From assembly GCA_031409275.1 (NCBI GenBank), contig JANNXA010000050.1, positions 64,001-128,000 of the forward strand: DNA of 64,000 nucleotides, read 5' to 3'. This stretch comes from Planctomycetota bacterium (GTDB taxonomy: Bacteria; Planctomycetota; B15-G4; SIAN01). The position numbers and the translations under genes were made by a program. Positions 29,511-38,092 of this stretch are shown here, one piece after another. Every line of letters starts with the position of its first letter. The first letter of the stretch is position 1. Under the pieces are notes generated by a model that saw only the letters and a list, made by a program, of their open reading frames with translations, was not told the DNA's origin and made no database searches.

Positions 29511-29721
29511 GGAGCACCTCCGATTCGCAATGGGGACGACCTACGGCAGATCGGGTGGACGATCCGTGCCAAGGAAATGGCGTACCGCGGCGTCGCACTC
29601 GGGGCCGACCGCTCGAGCATCGACCCGAACGGTCACGCCGTGGTAACCGATCGAGCCCGCGCGCCGAGGAAGCCGCGATTCGCGCGGCAAACCGTGACAA
29701 GTCGCGTCCGGCCGCTCGCCG

Positions 29722-30657
29722 CTAATCCGCCATCAGCAACAGCGGCACGCCTGCTGTCGCGAGCAACGTCCCGAACCACGCGATCCAGCGATAGCGCTCA
29801 TGCAGGATCCCGACGGCCATCGGCAGCAGGAAGAGCGGTGTGGTCGACAAGAGGCACAGCGCGACGCTGGCGTCGAGATTCGCGTAGGCCGCCTGCTGCA
29901 AGAAGATGCCGAGGAAGGTCGCGAGGAAGACGGCGACGAGCTCCCTGCGCATCTGCGGCAGCATGCGCAGCGGCGCGAAGTCGATGGCGCCCCGTCGCAT
30001 CGCCAGCGTCGCCAGGAACGTCCCGACCGCCGCGCCGCTCATTCGCAATGTCGAGCCGGGCAGCACCCCGACCGCGCTGATCGCATGGTGCGTCATCACG
30101 CCGGCGGTCGCATTGCACAGCGACGACACGACGCCGCACAGCGTCCCGCTGATGCGCAGCCGTCGCGCAGCGGCGTCGGCGACCGCGTCGCTCGCCCCGG
30201 TCGTCTCACGCTTCGCTCGCCCGAAGATCACCAGCAGCACGCCGCCAAGCACCATCGCGATGCCGCCAAGGTCGCGCATGCCCAGCGATTCGCTGCCGAG
30301 CGCGAAGCCGAGCGCCGCCGACCAGATCGGCGAAAGCTGGTTCAACGCGATCGCCGGCTGCGCGCCGAGTCGCTTCACCGCCTCGAAGAGGAAGACGTCT
30401 CCGACCGCCAGACCGAGTGCGCCGGACAGCAGCAGCACGCCGCCGTCGCGGGTCGCGAGTGACCGCCACGCGACGCCACCGTCGATCAGCAACGTCGACG
30501 TCCAGAACAACAGCAACGCGATGGCGATGCGAAACGCGTTCATCGCGCGCGGACCGTGGCGCACGATCGCCGCCTTGAAGAGGACGGTCGAGATCGCCCA
30601 CGACGCGGACGCGGCGAGCGCGGCGCTACCGCCGGCGACCGCTGGCGACCACGTCAC
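29722..30657 (-). CDS. DMT/EamA-family transporter
   Basis: About 10 TMs in two repeats; SGALGLAVGD, STTPLF. Confidence 0.85.
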   Translation of the reverse strand: MTWSPAVAGGSAALAASASWAISTVLFKAAIVRHGPRAMNAFRIAIALLLFWTSTLLIDGGVAWRSLATRDGGVLLLSGALGLAVGDVFLFEAVKRLGAQPAIALNQLSPIWSAALGFALGSESLGMRDLGGIAMVLGGVLLVIFGRAKRETTGASDAVADAAARRLRISGTLCGVVSSLCNATAGVMTHHAISAVGVLPGSTLRMSGAAVGTFLATLAMRRGAIDFAPLRMLPQMRRELVAVFLATFLGIFLQQAAYANLDASVALCLLSTTPLFLLPMAVGILHERYRWIAWFGTLLATAGVPLLLMAD

Positions 30658-32183
30658 TTCCCCTCGTCTTTCTTCGGCGCCAGATCGACGCCGTCGTCAC
30701 CCACGTAGCCGAGCCGCTTCAAATCGGCGAGCAGCTTGCCGTCGATCGCTTTCAACTCCTGCTCGAAGCGTGCCTCGAAGAGAGGAATCTGGCGCAGGGC
30801 CGACGCGCGCTTCTGCTTCCACTCGGGATCGTCGTGCGTCGGCACCGACCGGATCGGCCGCGCTTCCAGGAGCGCGGGCGCGAGCACCTGGCGCAGCGGT
30901 CGGCCGGCGCCGTCGTGCGCATAGGGCAGACCCGCGCGCACCAGCAGTGTCGGCAGCACATCTTCGACACGGCCGACGCTCTTCACGTCGGCGCGGGTGG
31001 CGTCCAGCGCAAGCGACTGCTTGCGAAAGCTCGGCCCAAGCGCGAGGAAGACGCCGGGCGGCGCATCCTGATGGTTGCCCGAATCGGCGCGGCCGGTGCG
31101 ATCGTCGGGAAACGGCTCGTTGCGCGCGACCGCATGGAAGCCGTGGTCGGACAGCAGGAGGAAGTCGGCGTCCGGCGCGCGGCGACGCAGCTCGCCGACG
31201 GTGTCATCGACGAAACGGTAGGCCTCGCGGATCATCGAGCCGAAGCGCGCGACGTCCGCTTCGCTCGGGCGATCTTCGAAGACGGTCGGCTCGAAGTAGC
31301 GCCAGAACATGTGAGAGGCGACGTCAGCGCTTCCCAGATAGAGGAGCAGCGCGTCGGCGCGCTCCTTCGCCTCGAGCACGTCGAAGGCCGCGGCGGCGAA
31401 GAGCAGATCCGCGTAGTGGGCCGTGCGCAGCACCGAATAGAGCTGCGAGGGCAGCTTTCGCGCGACCGGCGGTGGCGCTCCGAAGCGCGCGGTGAACGGG
31501 TCGTTCCCCGCCTCGATGGAATCGCCAAGCTGCACGGCGTGCGCGTCCATCGTGTCGGCCCGTTCCGGCGGCCAGACCTGGTTCTGCACGCCTTTCAGGT
31601 AGCTGCCTTTCCAGATCGTGACACCTTCGGAGATGTCAGCCTGCGCACGCGTCGACGTCTGCGCGACCATCCCGCCCTTGATCGGCTCGACCGGATAGGT
31701 GCACCACCAGCCGATCACCTCGGTCGACAGTCCCGCTTCGTCGTAGAGGTTCCACAGCGCCTTGCTCTGGCGATGCATGCTGAGGAAGAGGTGCGGCTGC
31801 TGGTCGGCGCCCTTGTAGGCGAAGCCCTTGATGCCGTGGTCGGCGGGGAGCTTGCCCGTCGCGACTGTCGTCCAGATCACCGGCGACAGCGTGACGTCGA
31901 GCGTGGCGAGTTCACCGGCGAACCCCTCGTGCGCCAGCGCGGCGAGATTGGGCAGCGCGCCCTCGGCCATGAAGCGCAGCAGCAGGTTCCATTCGAGTCC
32001 GTCGGCGCCGAGCACGATCAGCGGGCGCCGGCCCGCGGGATCGTTCGCCTCAGGCCCCTTCGCCTCGGTCGGCGACTCGCCGCACGCCGCCGCGACGCAG
32101 CAGAGCGCGGCCGCCAGCAGCGTGCGGCGCCGCACTCTCGATGTCGCCGCATGCGGGAGATGGATTCGCAGAGGGAGCTTCAA
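30654..32183 (-). CDS. Alkaline phosphatase superfamily (type I phosphodiesterase/nucleotide pyrophosphatase) lipoprotein
   Basis: Lipobox VAAAC, LGADG, TLSPVIWTTVATG, D..SH.FW, LSDHGF, C-terminal LKRLGY. Confidence 0.82.
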   Translation of the reverse strand: MKLPLRIHLPHAATSRVRRRTLLAAALCCVAAACGESPTEAKGPEANDPAGRRPLIVLGADGLEWNLLLRFMAEGALPNLAALAHEGFAGELATLDVTLSPVIWTTVATGKLPADHGIKGFAYKGADQQPHLFLSMHRQSKALWNLYDEAGLSTEVIGWWCTYPVEPIKGGMVAQTSTRAQADISEGVTIWKGSYLKGVQNQVWPPERADTMDAHAVQLGDSIEAGNDPFTARFGAPPPVARKLPSQLYSVLRTAHYADLLFAAAAFDVLEAKERADALLLYLGSADVASHMFWRYFEPTVFEDRPSEADVARFGSMIREAYRFVDDTVGELRRRAPDADFLLLSDHGFHAVARNEPFPDDRTGRADSGNHQDAPPGVFLALGPSFRKQSLALDATRADVKSVGRVEDVLPTLLVRAGLPYAHDGAGRPLRQVLAPALLEARPIRSVPTHDDPEWKQKRASALRQIPLFEARFEQELKAIDGKLLADLKRLGYVGDDGVDLAPKKDEGK

Positions 32184-32303
32184 GGTCGCAACCTTTTAGC
32201 GCCGCCACCGGAAGCGGTGGCTCCACGCTTGCGGCGCAGCGGCGGCACGGCTGTACTGCCCGACTCGCGAAGCAACGGACCCGGAATGAAGGAGGAGCGG
32301 GGC

Positions 32304-32969
32304 ATGAGCCAACCCGAGCAGCCCGAAAGCGCCAGCGGCGTCTCGCGACGTCGATTCCTGAAGGGAATGGGCGTGACCGCCCTCGCCGCGGGGGCGCTCG
32401 CCCCGAAGATGCCGGCGGTCGCCGTGCCAAACGGCTCTGCGAACGCTGCGCCGACCGCGCCACCGGCGACGCGCCTGTTCGGTCCCGCACCGGTCGCCGT
32501 GAAATTGCAGATCAACGGCAAGGTGCGCGAACTGCGGCTCGAGCCGCGCGTCACGCTTCTGGACGCGCTGCGCAACCACCTCGACCTCACCGGCGCGAAG
32601 AAGGTGTGCGACCGCGCCACCTGCGGCGCCTGCACGGTGATCGTCGACGGCAAGGCGATCTACTCCTGCACCATGCTCGCCGTCGAGGCGCAGGGCAGGG
32701 CGATCGAGACCGTCGAAGGGCTCGCGGAGGCGAGCGGCGGCAACTCGACGATGCAGCGCTGCTTCGTCGAGAACGACGCGCAGCAATGCGGCTTCTGCAC
32801 CCCCGGATTCGTGATGGCGTGCGAGTCGTTCAAGCGCGCCAACGGCAGCGCGACGCGTGAACAGGTGCTCTCCGAGCTCGGCGGCAACCTCTGTCGTTGC
32901 GGCACCTACCACGGCGTCGCCAATGCCGTCGCGGACGCTCTGAAACTCGGCGCGAACGGAGGCAAGTGA
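32304..32969 (+). CDS. 2x[2Fe-2S] subunit with Tat signal, PaoA/YagT-like
   Basis: SRRRFLKG Tat motif; CDRATCGAC…C; QCGFC…NLCRC. Confidence 0.92.
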   Translation: MSQPEQPESASGVSRRRFLKGMGVTALAAGALAPKMPAVAVPNGSANAAPTAPPATRLFGPAPVAVKLQINGKVRELRLEPRVTLLDALRNHLDLTGAKKVCDRATCGACTVIVDGKAIYSCTMLAVEAQGRAIETVEGLAEASGGNSTMQRCFVENDAQQCGFCTPGFVMACESFKRANGSATREQVLSELGGNLCRCGTYHGVANAVADALKLGANGGK

Positions 32970-32970
32970 C

Positions 32971-35094
32971 ATGGTCGATCTTGCTTGGCCCGATCCGGGC
33001 GACTGCTCGATCCTCGGCAAGCGCACGACGCGCATCGACGGCCCCGACAAGACGACCGGTCGCGCGAAGTACACCTTCGACATCAACCGGCCGCGCATGT
33101 TGTGGGCGAAGTTCGCGACCTGCCCGTACGGACGCGCGAAGATCACGGCGCTCGACACCAGCGCGGCGGAAGCGATGCCCGGCGTCGTCGCCGTCGAGGT
33201 GATCGCCAGCGTCAGCACCGAGTGCAAGGTCGCCTTCCAGGAGGTCGCGATCGTCGCCGCCGAGAGCGAAGAGATCGCGCGCGAAGCGGCGCGCCGCATC
33301 AAGATCACGTGGGAGGTGCTCGAGCCGTGCGTCCATGACGACGACGTCGACATGGCCGGCAACAAGGCGAAGAAGGGCAAGGAGCAGGTCACCGACGGGT
33401 TCGATGCCGCCATCGACGGTGCGGCGGTCGTCAGCGAGACCGAGGTTGGCTGCTCGATCCTCACCCACTGCTGCCTCGAATCGCACGGCTCGATGGTCGA
33501 GGTCAGCGAGCAGGACGGCAAGGTCGCCGTCACCGCCTGGGCCTCCACGCAGGCCGTCTCCGGCATCGGCGGCGAATTCGCGCAGGCGATCGGCGTCGAC
33601 GGCTCGCAAGTGCACGTGATCTGCCAGCACATGGGCGGCGGCTTCGGCTCGAAGTTCGGCGCCGACTTGTGGGGCGCGTCGGCCGCGAAGCTCGCGCAGA
33701 AGACCGGTCGTCCGGTGAAGGTGATGCTCGAGCGCGACATGGAGATCGCGCTGGCCGGTTCTCGCCCGTCCGCGTTCGCGCGGATGCGCGTCGGCGTGAA
33801 CGACGACGGCGCGATCGTGGCGTGGGAATCGGCCGCATGGGGCAGCGGCGGCAACGGCGGCGGCATGGGCGCGCCCGGCCTGCCCTACGTCTTCGGCAAC
33901 ATCCCGAACCGCAAGACGCAGACGACGCCGATCTTCACCAACACCGGCGGTGCCCGCGCCTGGCGCGCGCCGAACCACCCGCAGATGTGCCTGTTGACCA
34001 TGGCCGCGCTCTCCGATGCCGCCGCCGAGCTCGGCATGGATGAGCTCGAGTTCTTCCGCAAGAACCTCGAACTCACGGCGCGCGCCGACGTCTACCGCGA
34101 GGAACTCGCGATCGCCGCGGAGCGCATCGGCTGGAAGTCGAAGTGGAAGTCGCGCGGCGAACAGAAGGGCGTGCTGCGCCGCGGGCTCGGCCTCGCGATG
34201 CACACCTGGGGCGGCGGTCCTCACACCAGCAACGTCCAGTGCACGCTCCATCCCGACGGCGCCGTCGAGATCCGCTGCGGCACGCAGGACCTCGGCGTCG
34301 GCGCGCGCACCGCGATCGCGGTGGTCGCAGCCGAGACGTTCGGCCTGCCCATCGATCGCATCACCGTCCTGATCGGCGACAACCGCTATCCGGCCTCGGA
34401 TGGCTCGGGTGGCTCGACCACGATCGGCGCCATCAGCTCCGGCACCCGCGACGCGTGCATCAAGGCGATCAACCAGGTCATGGCCGCCGTGGCGCCCGAA
34501 TTGAACGCGGCGCCGGAACAGCTCGTCGCCAAGGAGGGAATGGTGCGCGCGGCGGGATCGACGGCCGGCGGGCTGCCGTTCGCCGAAGCGTGCCGACGCC
34601 TCGGCGCGCAGCCGATCGTCACGATGGGAACGACGCAACGCGCGCTCGCGAGTTCGCAGGTCGGCGGCGTGCAGATGGCCGAAGTCGAGGTCGACTGCGA
34701 GACCGGCATCGTCCGCATGCTGAAGATGGTCGCGGTGCAGGATTGCGGCCGCATCATCGACCTGCTCACGACGGAGAGCCAGGTGCGCGGCGCGATGATC
34801 ATGGGAGTCTGCGCGGCGCTCTACGAGGAGCGCGTGATGGACCCGGTGACGGGCGCGCTGCTCAATCCCGACATGGAGTTCTACAAGCTCGCCGGCATCG
34901 CCGACGTCGGTGAGCTCGACGTCCACATGATGCAGACGGACGCGCACCTGAAGCGTGGCGTGATCGGCATCGGCGAGCCGCCGGCGATCTCGCCGATGGC
35001 GGCGATCAGCAACGCGGTGGCGAACGCCATCGGCGCCCGCGTGAAGCGCTGCCCGATGACTCCCGATCGCGTGCTCGCGGCCTTGAAGGCGTGA
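32971..35094 (+). CDS. Molybdopterin-binding subunit, xanthine/aldehyde oxidoreductase family (PaoC/YagR-like)
   Basis: GGGFGSK, WRAPNHP, QDLGVG, SGGS, SQVRG, GIGEP. Confidence 0.9.
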   Translation: MVDLAWPDPGDCSILGKRTTRIDGPDKTTGRAKYTFDINRPRMLWAKFATCPYGRAKITALDTSAAEAMPGVVAVEVIASVSTECKVAFQEVAIVAAESEEIAREAARRIKITWEVLEPCVHDDDVDMAGNKAKKGKEQVTDGFDAAIDGAAVVSETEVGCSILTHCCLESHGSMVEVSEQDGKVAVTAWASTQAVSGIGGEFAQAIGVDGSQVHVICQHMGGGFGSKFGADLWGASAAKLAQKTGRPVKVMLERDMEIALAGSRPSAFARMRVGVNDDGAIVAWESAAWGSGGNGGGMGAPGLPYVFGNIPNRKTQTTPIFTNTGGARAWRAPNHPQMCLLTMAALSDAAAELGMDELEFFRKNLELTARADVYREELAIAAERIGWKSKWKSRGEQKGVLRRGLGLAMHTWGGGPHTSNVQCTLHPDGAVEIRCGTQDLGVGARTAIAVVAAETFGLPIDRITVLIGDNRYPASDGSGGSTTIGAISSGTRDACIKAINQVMAAVAPELNAAPEQLVAKEGMVRAAGSTAGGLPFAEACRRLGAQPIVTMGTTQRALASSQVGGVQMAEVEVDCETGIVRMLKMVAVQDCGRIIDLLTTESQVRGAMIMGVCAALYEERVMDPVTGALLNPDMEFYKLAGIADVGELDVHMMQTDAHLKRGVIGIGEPPAISPMAAISNAVANAIGARVKRCPMTPDRVLAALKA

Positions 35095-35110
35095 GCGGAG
35101 GAGCGCAACG

Positions 35111-36094
35111 ATGAACGCATTCGAATACGCCCGTCCCACGACTCTTGCCGAGGCCGTCGCCCTGCTCTCCCCCACCGAGGGGGAGACGGCGCTGCTGGCC
35201 GGCGGCACCGACCTCTTGAGCTTGATGAAGGACTTCGTCGTCGAGCCCAAGCGCGTCGTGTCGCTGATGGGAATCGAGCCGCTGGCGCAGATCACCATCG
35301 GCAACGATGGCCTGCACCTCGGCGCCACGGTGACGCTCGACGCGCTGATGCAGTCGGGCGCCCTCAACCAATGGGCGGCGAAGTGGCCCGCCCTCTGGCA
35401 CGCGACCGCCGGCATCAAGAGCCCGCAACTGCGCGCGATGGGAACGGTCGGCGGGGAACTGCTGCAGCGGCCGCGCTGCTGGTACTACCGCCGCGGCCAC
35501 GGCCTGCTGGCGCAGGACGCGAAGGGCGAGTCGATGGTCGCGAGCGGGGACCATCGCTACCACGCGATCCTCGGCAACAGCGGCCCTGCCAAGTTCGTCC
35601 ACCCGTCGAGCCTCGCGCCGGCGCTGATCGCCTGCGGAGCCCTCGCGGAGCTGACCTCGCCACGCGGCACGCGCACGCTGCCAGTCGCGGAGCTCTACCG
35701 CACCCCGACCTCGAGCGGCGAGCGCGAGACGACCCTGGCCCTCGATGAAGTCCTCACCGCGGTCGTGCTGAAGAAGCCAGTCGTGAAGAGCGCGACCTAC
35801 GAAGTCCGCCCGCGCCAGGGACTCGACTGGCCGCTCGTCGCGGCGGCCGTGGCGCTCGAGCTGAACGGCGGCAAGGTGGCCAGCGCGAGCGTCGTGCTCG
35901 GTCACGTCGCGCCGACTCCGTGGCCGGTCGTTGAAGCGGCGACGCTGGTCGGCAAGACGCTCGATGACGAGACCATCGCGGCCTTCGCCGCTGCGGCGCT
36001 GAAGAGCGCCACCCCGCTGAAGGACAACGCCTACAAAGTCGACCTCGCGCAGGTCGCGATCCGACGGGCGTTCAAGGCGGCGATGAAGAGCTGA
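35111..36094 (+). CDS. FAD-binding subunit (PaoB/YagS-like)
   Basis: AGGTDL, PQLRAMGTVGG, QRPRCWYYR, HPS, N.YKV. Confidence 0.9.
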   Translation: MNAFEYARPTTLAEAVALLSPTEGETALLAGGTDLLSLMKDFVVEPKRVVSLMGIEPLAQITIGNDGLHLGATVTLDALMQSGALNQWAAKWPALWHATAGIKSPQLRAMGTVGGELLQRPRCWYYRRGHGLLAQDAKGESMVASGDHRYHAILGNSGPAKFVHPSSLAPALIACGALAELTSPRGTRTLPVAELYRTPTSSGERETTLALDEVLTAVVLKKPVVKSATYEVRPRQGLDWPLVAAAVALELNGGKVASASVVLGHVAPTPWPVVEAATLVGKTLDDETIAAFAAAALKSATPLKDNAYKVDLAQVAIRRAFKAAMKS

Positions 36095-36135
36095 TCCGGC
36101 TGACGGCGACCGATCCAAGAACGAGGAGAGACCCG

Positions 36136-36369
36136 ATGAGCTTCGCCAACCTCCGCCCCGCAGCCGGCCACCGCCTCTGCCGACAACTGCGCTGCAAGGA
36201 GATGTACTACAACTCGCCTGACCAGCTCGAGCGCGCCCGCGCCAACCCCGCCGAGGCGCTGGCGAACAAGCACTTCTGGTGCTTGAAGACCTTCACCGCG
36301 ATGGGCCCCGAGAACGAGCCGTGCAGCGCCGACGCCTGTTCGCCCTCCCGGTCCTGCTACGAAGCGTGA
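36136..36369 (+). CDS. Small six-cysteine hypothetical protein (77 aa)
   Basis: GAGGAG RBS; CRQLRCKEMYY…FWCLKT…GPE..PCSADACSPSRSCY. Confidence 0.75.
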   Translation: MSFANLRPAAGHRLCRQLRCKEMYYNSPDQLERARANPAEALANKHFWCLKTFTAMGPENEPCSADACSPSRSCYEA

Positions 36370-36458
36370 TCCGGGGCGCCAACGACCGATAGAGTCCTGA
36401 CCGCGCATCGTCCGCCACGCCGCCGAGAGGGGCGGCGACCGGAACCTGGAGTTCGCCC

Positions 36459-37193
36459 ATGAAGTCGCTGCTCGTCGCGCTGCTCGCCAGCGCACTGTCC
36501 GCGCCCGCTTCCACCGCGCTTCCTCCATCCACGGAGCCGACCAAGCTGCGCGGCGACTACCTCGAAGCGCGCACCTGCGATGTCTGGGTCGGCGCCTGCT
36601 TCGCCAACTCCGAGACGAGCGAGCAGGGCAAGCAGGCGACGCTGGTGTGGAAGTTCACCGAAGGGTCGTGGAAGGGCGTCGATCTCGGCGGGCTCGCCAC
36701 CGCGCTGATCATCACCGCGAAGTCGACGCTCGGCGATCCGTACCACTCCGCGCTGCCGGTGCGCGACGTGCTGCTGGTCGACGCGCGCGCGAGCGATGCG
36801 CAGTTGAAGGCGATGCGCGACTTCGTGGCGACGCAGACCGGCGAGCTCGGCGCGAACGTGATCGAAGAGATCGCGACCACCCTCGAGCTCGAGGTCGACT
36901 GCTGCGACAAGGAGGGGTGCGCGAAGTTCGCGGCCGGCGAGATCGCCAGGATCGAGACGCGTTGCCTGCACGCCGAGGACAAGGTGTGCGGTCACGAGGA
37001 GACCTACTACCCGCCGCTGGTCGGACTGGCGCAGAAGCACGCGGTCTACACCGTCGAGCACAGCGTGAAGGGGACCTTGCTCGACCTCGCGTGGATCGAT
37101 CGCGACTCGCACAGCGCGTTCCTCGGCAAGTTCGAGCTCGAATCGCCCGCCGCGCCGCGCACGGTCGACCCCGACGAAGTGAAGGCGCGCTGA
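36459..37193 (+). CDS. Exported DUF1326-like Cys/His-rich protein
   Basis: Signal peptide; GDYLEARTCDVWVGACFANSE, G.W.GVDL.GL, CGHEE.YYPPL. Confidence 0.72.
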   Translation: MKSLLVALLASALSAPASTALPPSTEPTKLRGDYLEARTCDVWVGACFANSETSEQGKQATLVWKFTEGSWKGVDLGGLATALIITAKSTLGDPYHSALPVRDVLLVDARASDAQLKAMRDFVATQTGELGANVIEEIATTLELEVDCCDKEGCAKFAAGEIARIETRCLHAEDKVCGHEETYYPPLVGLAQKHAVYTVEHSVKGTLLDLAWIDRDSHSAFLGKFELESPAAPRTVDPDEVKAR

Positions 37194-37243
37194 GCGAGGC
37201 AAAACGCGCGGCCCCATCGGCGCGCGCACGAAAGCGACCGCCC

Positions 37244-38011
37244 ATGGAATCGAGCCCCATTTCGCTGCGCCGACTCATGGTGCCGCTGCTTGGCACCTTG
37301 CTCATCGCGACCACGCTGGCGTGGACCGCGACGCAGCAGTCTCCCGCGGCACCGAAGCCGGGCTTCACCGTCGAGGTGGTGGCCGCCATCGACGGCAAGA
37401 GCAGCGTCCCGGAGCAGGTGCCGGAGGCGTTCGCCAAGTTGCTGGGGCACGAAGGCGTGCGTGTCCTCGCGCCCGACGCGAAGCGGCGCGCCGAGTTCTG
37501 GTTCTGCCTCGAGCTGCCGCTGCTCGCGAAGGCGGGCGGCGTCAGCAGCGTGCTGCTCAATCGGCTGGTGCCGGGCGCCTTCGTCGGCGTCGTGCGCACG
37601 CCGGGTCGCACGAACGACTACCGCGACCAGGAGATCGAGGCGGGCGTCTACGCGCTTCGCTACTACCACCAGCCGAGCGACGCCAACCACCTCGGCACCT
37701 CCGACTCGCGTGACTTCTTCCTGCTGACCAGCCTCGCGGAGGAGAAGTCGCCGGCGCCGATCGCCGCGAAAGAGGACCTGATCCCGCTCGCCGTCGCCGC
37801 CTCGCCGAGCGACCACGCGCTCTGCCTCTACGTCGCCCCCTCCAGCGAGCCGCCCCCCACCGACGGGGCCCTCGGTGCCGCGAAAGTCGCGCGGCGCGGC
37901 GAGCATGAGGAGTACGCGCTCGAACTCACGCTCGCGGCGCGCGTCGACGGCGCCGCAGTGGGCGAGCCGCTGCGCCTCGCGATCGTCATCGACGGCCACA
38001 CCGCGCACTGA
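37244..38011 (+). CDS. Exported hypothetical protein
   Basis: N-terminal signal/TM; conserved-looking DYRDQEI..GVY.LRY..QP.D.NHLG.S..RDF. Confidence 0.68.
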   Translation: MESSPISLRRLMVPLLGTLLIATTLAWTATQQSPAAPKPGFTVEVVAAIDGKSSVPEQVPEAFAKLLGHEGVRVLAPDAKRRAEFWFCLELPLLAKAGGVSSVLLNRLVPGAFVGVVRTPGRTNDYRDQEIEAGVYALRYYHQPSDANHLGTSDSRDFFLLTSLAEEKSPAPIAAKEDLIPLAVAASPSDHALCLYVAPSSEPPPTDGALGAAKVARRGEHEEYALELTLAARVDGAAVGEPLRLAIVIDGHTAH

Positions 38012-38013
38012 GT

Positions 38014-38082
38014 TTGGTGGCGCGCGCCTCCAAAGTCGGCGCGACAGCATTGGTTGGCGCGCGCCTCCGAAGTCGGCGCGAC
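38014..38082. repeat. Two tandem ~32-bp direct repeats, each a small hairpin (REP-like), between convergent genes
   Basis: ttggt-ggcgcgcgcctccaaagtcggcgcgac / ttggttggcgcgcgcctccgaagtcggcgcgac. Confidence 0.7.
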
Positions 38083-38092
38083 GGTGTCTCCG

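Noticed and set aside
29556..29572. Sigma-54 promoter (TTGGCACG) upstream of the HEAT gene; similar site near 8605-8620
   Set aside because: The -24 element is good but the -12 GC is missing or misplaced
38014..38082. Possible mini CRISPR array
   Set aside because: Only two units, about 4 nt between them, and no cas genes
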